NCBI GenBank assembly: GCA_016748015.1
Contig: JAAOMT010000586.1
Coordinates: 1 to 64,000 of the forward strand
DNA length: 64,000 nucleotides
Direction of reading: 5' to 3'
Origin: Geosiphon pyriformis uo1
Lineage: Eukaryota > Fungi > Glomeromycota
A program made the translations under genes and the position numbers. Shown here piece by piece: positions 38,452 through 49,769 of this stretch (position 1 is the first letter of the stretch; the number at the start of each line of letters is the position of its first letter). A model generated the notes under the pieces. The model had not been told where the DNA came from. It searched no databases and was given only the letters and a program-made list of their open reading frames with translations.

Positions 38452-40121
38452 AATTAATAAGTAAATGCTTAACATAATAACAATAGTAAAAACTGTTCCT
38501 AAACTTATTCAAGGAGTTCAATTAAATTGTTTTTCTCTATTTATTTGGGCTTCTAATCTAGCTAATTCTTCCTTTTTTCTTTGCAATTCTTGTTCGTGCA
38601 GAGGAGTTCCACAAATATTTTTAATTTCTCATTCTTTTTGTTCGATCTCACTTCGTAATTGAGAAATTATTTGCTCCTTTCCTCAGTTTCTTTCTCTTCA
38701 TTCTCTCAATGCTTGTTCTTTATGTTTAAGATAGTCTTTATCACCTCTTCATTTTAAATAGTAAGCTTCAGGATCTCTTAATTTTTCAGCTATTCTTTCG
38801 TTTTCCATGGTGCCAACAAATTTACCGGCTTTATTAAGTGGTCTTCCTTCTCCGCGGTTTTTGCCTCATCATTTTTGTAAAGTGAATTTGGGAAACAGCA
38901 CAAGAGTAATATTATCCTCTTTTCACCCTTTTTCTAGTTGATCTATTTCAGAAAAGCTTTCTCCCCAATTCTTTCGTTTTTCTTTTTCATTCATTAACTT
39001 ATTTTCTTTTCCTACTTGCAGGGAAATATAGAAATCGTGGCAATTAATTTCTTCTTTCATTTTTTGCATTAATACCTGTAATACTTCGCCAAATTCTTTT
39101 CAAATTGAGGGTTCTAGTGATAAGAATTCGTCATTTGAAACACGTTGCTTTGGTTCAATAGTAGTGTATCCAAAAGCTATTTCGTTGTGTAATCTCGAAA
39201 TCACTGCTTTTTTCAGCAATAATATTATCTGCAGTGGGTTGCAAACCTTTTTCGGTTAACTCTACTTGCTAGGGAGTGGCTGATTTATATTCTTTTGCTC
39301 AACACTCATTTCCGTAACTTTCTTTGTATTTTGGAACTATACGAGCAAAAAAATGAGGAGAGTTTTGACCAGCAAGGTTTCCTGTTGGTATAGTAAAGCG
39401 GAAGCCTGCAGGATGGTAAACTTTGTCTATCTTTTTCATGGTATCCTTAAGAACTGGCAATATTTCGTTTCATTCATCGATGTTCATAAATCTTACGTCT
39501 TTAATATGCTTTTTCCTTGACATCACACAATGGGCTTTTGCATTGGGACGAATATTGGCAAAAGTAAAAAAACTTCCTCCTAAGTCAAATACATAGCAAT
39601 CATACAAACCCTTTTCGCGAAGAACTACACTGTCACAGCCAAGGCAGGCTTCTTTACAATCAGATTTGAGACAAGCATAATTAGGTGTATTGTCTAAATT
39701 AAAGGTAAAATGTGTGGAATTGCTCGCCTTTTTCAATTTTGTTTGAACAATTAGTACACCAAGAACAAACATGGTGTTTGCTGTCTTCATAGACACTAAC
39801 ATCTCAATGAAGATAGATTTTACATTGAGGGCAAGTGGCGACAATTCTGTCTCACTTTCATTGGCCATGCTCGTTTAACCGTTTTACTCTTCAAGGCCAA
39901 TCACCACCCTCTTTATTCTTAAATTTTTCTATAGCTTCTCTAAAAATTCTCTTTTTGTTCCTTTCTCATTTTGCACATTTATTTAGTTTTTGTTGCACCA
40001 TATTTTGTGTGCAATCTCAACAGCAAAATTTGTTGGTTCTTTCTTCAGTGTTAGGTACTGGAACTGAAAAATTATTCTCTTCCTTTGTATTATTACAATT
40101 AAAACATTCTCTTTTAGTCAT
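38407..40121 (-). pseudogene. Genetic-code-4 (TGA=Trp) bacterial-type gene: CxxC-rich N-terminus, two degenerate HIT domains, coiled coil, C-terminal TM anchor; probably from a Mollicutes-related endobacterium
   Basis: Manual translation from ATG 40121 to TAA 38407 gives ~570 codons with 18 TGA, 3 TGG, two frameshifts (~39708, ~39210) and one TAG (39271-39269). No introns. HIT1: CLGC...FANIRPNAKAHCVMSRKKHIKD...EWNEIL...GFRFTIPTGNLAGQNSPHFFARIVPKY. HIT2: NIIAEK...FGYTTIEPKQRV...IWKEFGEVL...DFYISLQVG...ITLVLFPKF. Ends FNWTPWISLGTVFTIVIMLSIYLLI. Confidence 0.88.
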
Positions 40122-40250
40122 GATTACTTATTAATATAGTAAGTTTTAAGCAAAAAAAAAGAGCAAAATAACTATTTATTTAAAAACGAAAAGAACTTTT
40201 TAAATTAAACTGAGAGTAGCACATTAATATCCCATTAATAAAGCTGAATA

Positions 40251-40422
40251 CAGTCAACTCTTTTTATAAGGACCTTTTTTATAAGGATCCGCTGTTTATA
40301 AGTACCACCTGCGCTTTCCCAAATCGTAGATTCTTAATGATTCTACGCTTCATATAACGACCGCTGCTTATAACGACCGATTTTGCTTTGCCCGAGGTGG
40401 TCGTTATAAAGAGAGTTGACTG
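40251..40422. mobile_element. pogo/Tigger-type MITE (172 bp) with TA target duplication
   Basis: TA|cagtcaactctttttataaggacc ... ggtcgttataaagagagttgactg|TA. Internal repeats of the ttataa(c/g)gacc motif. Confidence 0.9.
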
Positions 40423-40442
40423 TAGATGATATTTTGTTTGTA

Positions 40443-40709
40443 TTAATATTTTTCGTCCAGATGTTTTTGTCTTTTGTTTTGTAATGGTACATCATTATCC
40501 TGCTTTCTTCTCTTAATGTTTATTATTTTTCGTTCTTCTTGGTAAATTTCATAAGTAATTTTTTCTTTATCTAGATATTCCTGGAGAGTTTGGGTATTAT
40601 TGATTTTAAAAACGTATGGAGCAATTTTTTCTCGTTCTTTTTTTAGAATGCTTCTAATAGTACTGTAATTCTTGGGTTCCATGGTGGATTTAATGTAAAC
40701 AAGTTTCAT
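40443..40709 (-). CDS. Hypothetical Lys/Glu-rich protein (88 aa), origin unclear
   Basis: Open ATG-TAA frame with protein-like composition, co-oriented upstream of the code-4 gene. It has no Trp codon, so the genetic code cannot be assigned. Confidence 0.35.
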   Translation of the reverse strand: MKLVYIKSTMEPKNYSTIRSILKKEREKIAPYVFKINNTQTLQEYLDKEKITYEIYQEERKIINIKRRKQDNDVPLQNKRQKHLDEKY

Positions 40710-41108
40710 ATTATAATTTTATATAGAGATAGGCCTAATAATAACTGCAAGTAAAACGTTTATCTCATTTTGACACCAAATTTAATACAGATTTAAATAT
40801 AATTCAGCTATTATTTAAAATTATAAAACTTAACAAAAAAATTATAAAATTTTTTAAAATAAATACAGTTTATATATAATCAATTACTTAAGTTAATAAA
40901 GCTATGCTAAATAAAAAACACAAAAGAATTTATTAACAATATTGATATTTTTTAAATTTTAAAAAACTTTTTTTTGTTAAATTAAAACAAATTAGTTAAC
41001 TATTGTTTATATTATTTATAAAAAATATTTTATTTTTAATATTTAAATTCAAAATACTTTTAAGATTTACAATAATAAATTTATTTTTAATAATTAAACT
41101 TTTTTTTT

Positions 41109-41231
41109 GTATTTAATTCTTAATTTAAAATTTAGTAGCCAAATTTGAATTTAATAGTTTATTAAAATTTTTTGGTATTTAATTCTTAATTTAAAATTCA
41201 GCAGCCAAATTTGAATTTAATAGCTTATTAA
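41109..41231. repeat. Two-copy tandem repeat, 66-bp period
   Basis: gtatttaattcttaatttaaaatt(t/c)ag(t/c)agccaaatttgaatttaatag(t/c)ttattaa at 41109 and 41175; differences are C/T transitions. Confidence 0.8.
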
Positions 41232-41859
41232 CATTTTTTATTAAACAGATTTTTTAATTCAAGTTTTAAAAACCAAATTTTTGGTTATAATTATATATAA
41301 TATGATATTAACATATTTTTTAGTTATAAGCTAAAAATTTTGTAAATATACTAAAAGCATTTTTTTAAAACTTAATACAATTAAAAAAAAATCAAATTTC
41401 TCTTATTAAAATTTTTTTTACATAAAAACATGTAATTTAAATCTTTTTTATATTAAACACAAAATATATTAAAATATTTGAAATTATATAACCACAATAA
41501 ACATTTTTTATAAAAAGGTTTCAAACAATAAGTTTTAAAATTAAAAGTTTTCTAATTAATAAATTCAAATTATATATATTTATTAGAATATTAATAGTAA
41601 TCTAAAATAGTTTTAATTAGTTTTAATAATTAATTATATATAGTTTATTATATAATTTATGTTTAATATGTAATAATAAAATTATATAAAATAATTAATA
41701 TTATTAGCAAAAAAATAATAATAAATATTTTATAAATTTATAATATTTATGATTTTTTTAAATAATAATAATTTTTATAAAGCTATTTAAAATATTATTT
41801 ATAAAAAAATCAATTAATTAAAATAATAATAATTTTATTACAAAGTTTAATTTTTTTCT

Positions 41860-44800
41860 CATTAATCTCCTGACCACAATAAGAGCAGAAGATTTTTTGT
41901 CATAGAAATAGCTTTTTTTTTTATTTCTTATCCTTGGTTTTTACAGTTATTTTTCTTTTTATATTTTTTTTTGTTGCTATGGATTTGGTAAGCTTTTCTG
42001 TTGGTAGTTTAAGTATTGGTTTGGCTGAATTGAGGACCCAGTCTAGTGGCAAGAAGAAAGCTCATGTGAATAGTGTGTACTCTCACAGTCTATCATTCAA
42101 GAAGCTAAAGAAACCTAAAACTAGTAATGTGGTTAACTTGTCTGTTGGCCTTATAAGCTTGGGAGATATTGGTGATACCAATGTTGAGTCTGTAGTGTCT
42201 TGAAGAAGTAAAGTTAAAAGTGTTTATAACAATGTAAGTGGTCTTTCAGATGTTGAAAATATGGCGAACATAATTGCTGAAGAAACCAGTTATGCAGAAT
42301 CAGGTAAGGATGATAATATTGATAAAACTATGCTGAAAAAAACTTACACTCAGACATATATGCTGAGCAATCTACTAAAGCAACCTGTGTTTAAACATAT
42401 GAGTAATGATGATAAAGTGCTGGAACTTCTTTTTCATGTAGTTGTTAGATTTAATCAATTGTTAACTGTCAGATCACATGTCCTGAATAGGTGCAATTTT
42501 GAACCAGTCAAATTTTTTGTATTGGATATTGAGTTATCTGCTGTACTGGGTGAAATTATTAGTGATAAATTAATTGCAGTCAAAAAAATTTTTTATTGAG
42601 TTGATGGTTTTAGGAAGGCTTTCACTCCCTTAAAATTTCCAGAAATTATTAGATCATTATTTATATTTAAAATGAGTTTAAAAAAGGCTAAAGAAATAGC
42701 AATTAGTGGGAAGATTTTGGTTAATGATGATCTCAGGAAAGTAAACAGCCAATCGGATCAGGAAGTAATCATCAAGGAGATCTCAGTTGATCTTTCCAAA
42801 TCGGCTATGGAGTCTGTTTTTTCCAAGTTTGGCAGAATTATATCAATTAAGATACAACTGATTGGTCTATAACAAAAGACTTTAATAGAATATGAATCAT
42901 TTGAAATAGCTAATTTGGTCACAGCTAAGTGGTCTGTTTTTTATGAAAAAAAATTCTGTTTGTGTAGCAAAGACAGTTGAAGATAAACAATTGTGGACAT
43001 TAAGAGATTTACATTGGGTCTTGCTTTATACTTTTCCAATTGAAACTATGGCTATAATTTTTCTGGTTTGTTGAAATTATATGATGGGAAAACTTGTTTT
43101 ATTGGCCATAATTTCAGTTCATACATGAATGATAAATGTGTGATAATGTGTTTTGCTAATGAAGCATCTAAATTGGCTGTTATTAGTTCTATTCTAGTGT
43201 TTAAGAGTGTAAATTTATGCTGAGCTGGTCTTTCTTTGGTCTATTGCACCAAGTATAAACAATTTGGTCATATTTCTGATGTGTGTTCAATTGGTGAGAA
43301 TTCTAGAATTCATGATAAGTAGGTGGTAACTTCTTAGAATTGTGTCTACTTGGCCAATATTTATAAAAAAAAGCAGACATTTATTGCTTATCTGGTTTCT
43401 TTTGGTGACAAGACTTGGGTCCAAATTGCTGGTAGTTTTTTCTCTTGTGTGATCTCGTCAGATTCTGTTGGTGCTGGTTTATCTTTGGGTATAAAACCCA
43501 TTTCAATGGTCTTCAATTTTTTTGGTAATCCTTATTTGGTTGATTATTTGGCTTCTTTAGAACACTTTTTGAAGCTTTTGTCAGATCAGGTTTTTGTTAT
43601 CATAAAAAAACTGACTTGTTAAATTGGTGCCTTTGGTAAATATGCTTTATGTATTTTTTCTGGTTGCTCAAACATCTTTGGCTTCTAATTTGAATTTGGA
43701 TATAACTTTAGATGTTATGGTGATGTCTTCTGCCCCCTCTTTTTTGGTCATTATGGACACAATCACTGACTTTAGCTTGAGTAATTTTAAAGTTTTGATT
43801 ACCAAGATGAGTAGATTGGAATCTAAGATGGTGGCTTTAGAAGTATCAGTTAAATTGGTTTTGAACAGGTTGAATTGCTTGTGTTCTGATTTGGATTTGT
43901 CAGCTTTTTTTACTCCTCAATGAGTAATTTAGTATAGAAAATTGCTACATGTAATGTTTGCAGTATCAATGTTTCTGCTAAGTAAAAAGACATTATCTGT
44001 TGGCATAAAAATTCTGGAAATTTGGTTTTGATAGTTATGAAAACAAAGTTAAGGTCTAGCTATAGACCATTGATTAAGGATAGATTTAGTGGGGTTAGAG
44101 TTTTTTTATCTGAATTGAACAAAAAGTTTCTTGGTGCTGGAGTGGCAATTATTATGGACACTTCTCTGGCTTATTATGTGTGTAAGATTTTTGAAGTGCC
44201 TGGCTGGCTTTTTTCTGTCAAGTTACTTTTTAAGAATAAATTTTTTGTTTCAATTCTGGGGTTTTATATTAGTGCTTCCCTGACTGTTTGTTTTTCTCAG
44301 ACTGGTAATATCAATTCTCTGATAGCTAAGACTATGAATGAGTCTTTTTTTGTTGTATTAGGTGAGAATTTTAATGAGAATGGTTCCTGCAGATGTGTGA
44401 GTTTTAAGAAGTGTCTTGATTTAGAACTGGTTAATTCTTTGTTGAAATGTTTATTTGTTAAGAATTTAACATGAAAAAATTCAAGAAGTGTAGAAAAGAC
44501 AATTGATTACATGTTCATTTCTTTAAATTTAGTTAATGCAGTGGTAAATCACAATGTTTTGAATATTAGTAAATATTTTAATACTGATCACTATGTGGTT
44601 TTTATGTCTATAGGTTTAGGTGGGCTTTTGAATATACAGTTAAACTTTATTTGCAAGCAAGCTAATAGGAACTGATAAAAATTTGATTTTAAAAGTGCTG
44701 ATAATATGAAGTAGAATAATTTCAAAGATGCTGTTACTCATAGAATATAAAAAGTATATTAGCATATAAATTAGCCAATCAGAAGTAGACATAGTAAATA

Positions 44801-47800
44801 TGGAATTTTAGGATTCCTCTCAGAGGAATTGCAGGATTCCAAGAATTTCAGAATTTTCATATAAGAAATTGCAGAATTTCAGAATTCCAGGCTAGAGAAT
44901 TGAAGAATTCAAAGAATCTCATACAATAAAATTTATGTATATAGCAGTAGTATTAGAAGCTAAAAAATTAGTCAAGTAGACTTCAAAAGTAAAGAAGACT
45001 AAGAATCAGTAAAACTCTCAGAGTCAATTAGACTCGCAGGTCATAATTATTAAATATCTTTTCTTTAAAAAATAGAATACTATAACTTGAAGTAAAATCA
45101 CTTTCATATTAATAAAATTATCCATTATTCTTAAATCCATGTTATTATTCACTACTTAACCTGCTGGCACAATAGCTCTTGATTATGGCTATTAACAGAA
45201 CACTTATTTTTTATTTTATTTTCTTTATTTCTTTATTTTCTTTTATTTTCTTTTATTTTCTTTTGTTATTCACTAAATTGATTAAAAAGATTAAGTACTA
45301 AGTTATTGATGTCAAGGATTGCCTGGTAAAAGACTTCTGCAAATAGCTAAAGCACGTAAAAAAATTACAGATTACTTATCAGAGAAATACTGGCCATTAA
45401 GCTGAAGAAAGAAATTAACAGAATTGCAATTCTGGGAAGCTATAAATAAACAACTATTGAATCTCTGTCTATTATACAAAAGACTCAACAAAAAACCTTC
45501 AGATAACAACACCTTTAGATTACTATCATCGCAAATAGCTTTTAAGCACCAAGTTATGAGTTTTGTTATTTGATTTGAGACCCCAAATAATTACCTGTAA
45601 CAGCACTACAGCTGCCAATACAGCAATGTTCTCTGATGAGTTTGCAATTACTATGAAGCTTTCAAATCTGTGTGCCATGTGGAACATTGTTTGCAGAATA
45701 ATAACTCTTTTGGCTAATAAAATATTCAAAAAAAAATGGTTTAAAGACTATAATAATATTTTCATCAGAGATTCTTCTAGGTTTCATAAACTGGAGCTTT
45801 TAGTTTTAAGAATTGTCAAGACTTTTCATGAAAAGAGTTCTAACAGATTTGTGTTCCTTATGGAATGCTAGATTTTTTTGGACAGTGTTAAGGCTTTGGT
45901 TATTTAGGGTCTTATAGACTTGGGTGTAAACTTTGATCATGTGCATTCAGCTCTTTTCAGTATAAAGAAGTTATATTGTGTCTTTAAGTTTGCTGAGTTT
46001 TTGCGATCTAAGAAGTTGGGTATTAGGTCAGCCATTAATAAAAGAATAAAAAATTTTGCAGTTGATAAGGATTATACAATCAAAAGTGTGCTAGAACATT
46101 CTTTTAAAAGAGTAGTTTTAGACTATCTGGTCATTAAGAATAAACTGATTCTAAAATCTGAAATAGTTAAGACTAAGGTAGATGTAATCATAGAAAACTA
46201 GACTAAAAAGCATAAGGTGGTGGCAAATTTCCTTAGTGATTGGTCTTACCAATACTGACCTTTGGAGTATGTTTTTAATGATGCTTTTTCTAATGTTATA
46301 TGTTCAGTTAGTTTTGATGAGTTGCTTAGTATGGTTTCTGATTTATCTGATGGCAAAGCTGCTGGTCTTTCTGGAGTCTCAAATAAGCTCTAAAAGCATT
46401 GCAACAAATTGGTTTTGGATATGCTTTTGGTGCTTTTAAATTTTTGTTTGTCTTATAAACAGGTGTCTAGTGCTTGAAAGGAAGCTTGGGTTTCAATAAT
46501 TCCCAAGCCTTATGAGTGAAAGAAGGTTTTTACAAATACTTAATCTATTGTCTTTATTAAAACTACTTGCAAAATCTTTTCTAAGATTTTTTTGGACAGA
46601 ATTTTTACAGCATGTAACACTTTTGATGTTTTATGAGAGAACAATTTCTTGGTTTTAAAAGATATAATAACACAGTCTCCTATTTTTGCCATTGATTTAG
46701 TTATTAAAGACACTTTGGAAAAGAACTTTGAGCTTTGGTTGGTCTTACAGAATATGTAAAAGACCTATAATTCTATTAGATAAGAGCATCTTAGGAAGTG
46801 CTTGGTCAGAATAAAAATGTGTGACAGATTCATTAAATTTTTTGGTGGAATTCACAATGGTCATGTCAACAGGGTTATGACTAATTTTGGATTGATGGAT
46901 AGATATCGAATACATAATGGTTTGGATCAAGGGGAGGTGTTCTTACTTCTTTTTTGGCACATATTTTATGATTTTCTTTTATGTAAAGTCAAGAAACAAG
47001 AAAGTGTGTGTGAATATAGATTGAATTTCTATTTTATTGCCAGGACTGGTCGTGTTGAATTTCAGGCTGAATTAATATTTTTTCTTACTGCTAGTGCTTT
47101 TGTCGATGATACAATCTGAGTTAGTAGCAGTCAGGTTTCAACACAACACATTCTTAATATTGCTAATAAATTTTTCAGGATCAATAATATTTCCATTAAT
47201 AATGATAAGACAGTAGTCATTCCTATTAATTGTCTTTCTTTGTCAATTAGTAGTCTACTTATTTTTATTACCAAAAAAGGTAAATCTCATTATTATCTAG
47301 GTATCTTTTTGTTTATTGAGAGTTTGTTGAAACCTAGTTTGACTAAAGCACATTCAGATGTTAAGTTTTTTGCCAATTTTGTACTTAGAAAAGTCATTTC
47401 AGATAAACAGTTCTTGTATTTAGTGTTAACTGTTTTTTATTCTATTGTTAGCTACAGGATACAGTTCAGCTTTGTTTCTATTGGGATGTGTAAAAAGTAG
47501 GATGCTTTAATTTACAAGAGTTTAAAATTGAAATTTGGTCTGCCTCTTAACTTTCCCAGCAATGTACTTTATTACTCTTTATTGTATGGTCTGAAAACTT
47601 TTAAGCCAGTACAGGCTAAAAGCAAAGTAACTTTTGTTGTATGTTTTGTAAACTCTGTTAAGATATTGGGTTGTTTGTTTTCACATAAGTCTCTTGACTT
47701 GTAGGCTCTAAGTTGGCATCTGCTTTATCTTTTGAGTTCTTCAGCTCATGTAAGGGTTAGTCTTTCTAATAATTTTTTGACAAATGTGATTTGTATTTTT

Positions 47801-49600
47801 CTTGGGTGCAAGTTGTCTTTGAGTGGTCCTATAATCAGTTTTTTTTATTTTTGAAATAGTATATCTATGTTGTTTATTCTTAGTAAGTCTGAGTTCTCCA
47901 AATTTTTACCTTCACTTCAATGGTATGGTATAGTTTTTGTAGAGCAGCTTCATAATCAGAAGGGTATAGTCTTTAATTGGAAAACTTTTAGATACTGAAA
48001 AAAGCTGAACTCACATGGCTCTGTTTCTGATTGGTTTAAGCTTTTTGTTGATTTTCTAAATAATGTGGCTTTTTTTACTGCTGGTTCTTCTTCTTTGGGT
48101 AGTATTGAACTTTTGTGCATTTTGAAGTCTAGTAAGTTTAGATATGTTGGTGGTAATTTGTTGGAAGTTGCAGTTAACAGCCTTTCTGTTTATATGGATG
48201 GGTCTCTGATGAACTTAGGGAGTACTAATATAAGAGCTGAAGCAGCAGTTTTTTTCAAGAATGTAAATTTGGGTTTGAGTGTTAGGATTTCTGGTCTGTT
48301 GTCTTCTACTTTGGCAAAGCTGCAAGCTATTGTATTGGCTCTCAAATGTGTTCCCTCTCTTAGCTCAGTTCATCTTTTTATGAACAGTTAAGCAGCCTTA
48401 AATGCATGCAGATTGGAATTGAGTCTGGTATGTCCAGATTTTCAGAATTGGTGTTGGATTAAGCATCAGCATATAGTGAACATTATTAAAAAAAAATTTA
48501 AGTATTAGTTGATACAAAGTTAAGAGTTATTTAGGTGTCTTAGGTAATAAACATGCTAATACACTTGCCGATGTTGTTTCTTTTTCCCTCTGGTGCCTTC
48601 TTCCTATTTTAGAAGAACATTATATTTTGGTAATGGCAATATTATTTCTGGTAATTCTAGACATTTTATTTGTGAGATCTTTTGGTTTATTCATTGTGCA
48701 CACAGAAAGATTAGTTCTGGATTTGGAGCTTTAGATAATAGTTTGCACTTGGATATTGATTGGCCTTGTTTGTCCTCAGTTTGACATTCTGATTTACACA
48801 TGGCTGCTGACTTCATTAGTAGGCTTACTGCTGGTGCTCAAATATACTTTATGAAAGCTTTGCATTGTTAATTGCCAGTTGCTATTTGAAAGCACCTTTA
48901 TAACAAGTGTTACCCTAGTATATTGTGTTTGTATTGTGGTGATGTTGAGGTTTCAGATCATGTTTTTTCTTGTATGGTCAATAAGTCTGTTTGTTATTAT
49001 TTGTTGGATGCCCATGTGACTGTTTGGTGTGCACTTTTTAGTTTGTTTCTTTTCTTTTTATGTGTGTTTCAATTATTGTCCTCCTGTATTTCGAATATTG
49101 CAGTATGTACAGCTCTTTACAAAAACTTTATTTTTAAGGATTGGTTTTAAAAGGCCACATTTGTTTTTAAAGATATTAAAGTTACAAGTTGGAAGATTGT
49201 GGACTTTGTATGTTCCTTCTGTCTTGCTTTTAGGGAAAAGATTTGGTCAGTCCATGCTAAACACCAGGCTTTTATAGAGAAGAATAGGCTGATACCATGT
49301 AATGATTTGATTCTAAAATTGGTTTCTAGACTGTTTTCATTGTTCTCTGCTGGTGTGGTCAGATTGTTAAGTATTAATAAAGTGTTTGGTGTTGTCTTTG
49401 AGTTTTGCATATCACATTTATTTCTTTTAGATATTGGGAACTCTGTCTCTGTTTATATAGATGCTTAGTGTTGTTTTGATCAGCTTAAGTGACTGGTTAC
49501 ATGTAAAAAATACATGATTTACACCTAGTTTAGATTAATTATTTGATGTATTATACTAGGCAGTATTTGGCTCTCACTTATTAAATAATAATAATAATAA
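41860..49600 (+). mobile_element. LINE A: near full-length degenerate non-LTR retrotransposon (ORF1 ~41979-43923; ORF2 43920-49468 with APE, RT, RNase H, CCHC), interrupted by a solo LTR
   Basis: KIATCNV, VLGENFN, TIDYMFIS, NTDH (APE). KAAGLSG, LVLQNM, GLDQGE, AFVDD (RT). VYMDGSL, STLAKLQAI (RNase H). CLYCGDVEVSDHVFSC. (TAA)n tail. Many stops. Confidence 0.93.
44732..45602. mobile_element. Solo LTR (871 bp) inserted in LINE A ORF2
   Basis: Termini TGTTAC...GTAACA. LINE coding resumes across it (compare LINE B). Contains a CCAAT box (agccaatcaga), gaatt(t/g)cag repeats, a TATA-like tatatag and aataaa. Flanks ATGC/GCAC may be a decayed 4-bp TSD. Confidence 0.85.
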
Positions 49601-49769
49601 AAAAATAAAGTTTAAAATAATATAATTCACAAATAAAAAACACTTATAATTAAATTTATTAAAAATTATTTAAATATAATAAATAATAAAAATAATATAT
49701 ATTAAATAAAAACATAAATTTTATTAATAATTAATAATTTATTATTATTATTATATATATTATTATTAT

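Noticed and set aside
39470-39868. Track ORF of 132 aa as a standalone gene
   Set aside because: Its first ~50 aa are out of frame with the real code-4 gene; the rest is the HIT1 segment and its stop is a TGA (Trp).
38407-40121. Mitochondrial origin (NUMT), selenoprotein or simple TGG>TGA decay as explanations for the TGA codons
   Set aside because: The product resembles no mitochondrial gene, and the TGAs occupy Trp-like rather than Cys-like contexts. Transition decay should give TAG/TAA as well and deplete CpG, which is not seen.
38465-40134. Plus-strand ORFs 38465-38662 and 39835-40134
   Set aside because: Antisense shadows of the code-4 gene.
40251-40422. Short repeated units resembling a CRISPR or iteron array
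   Set aside because: They are subterminal repeats of a TIR-bounded MITE, with no spacer structure or cas genes.
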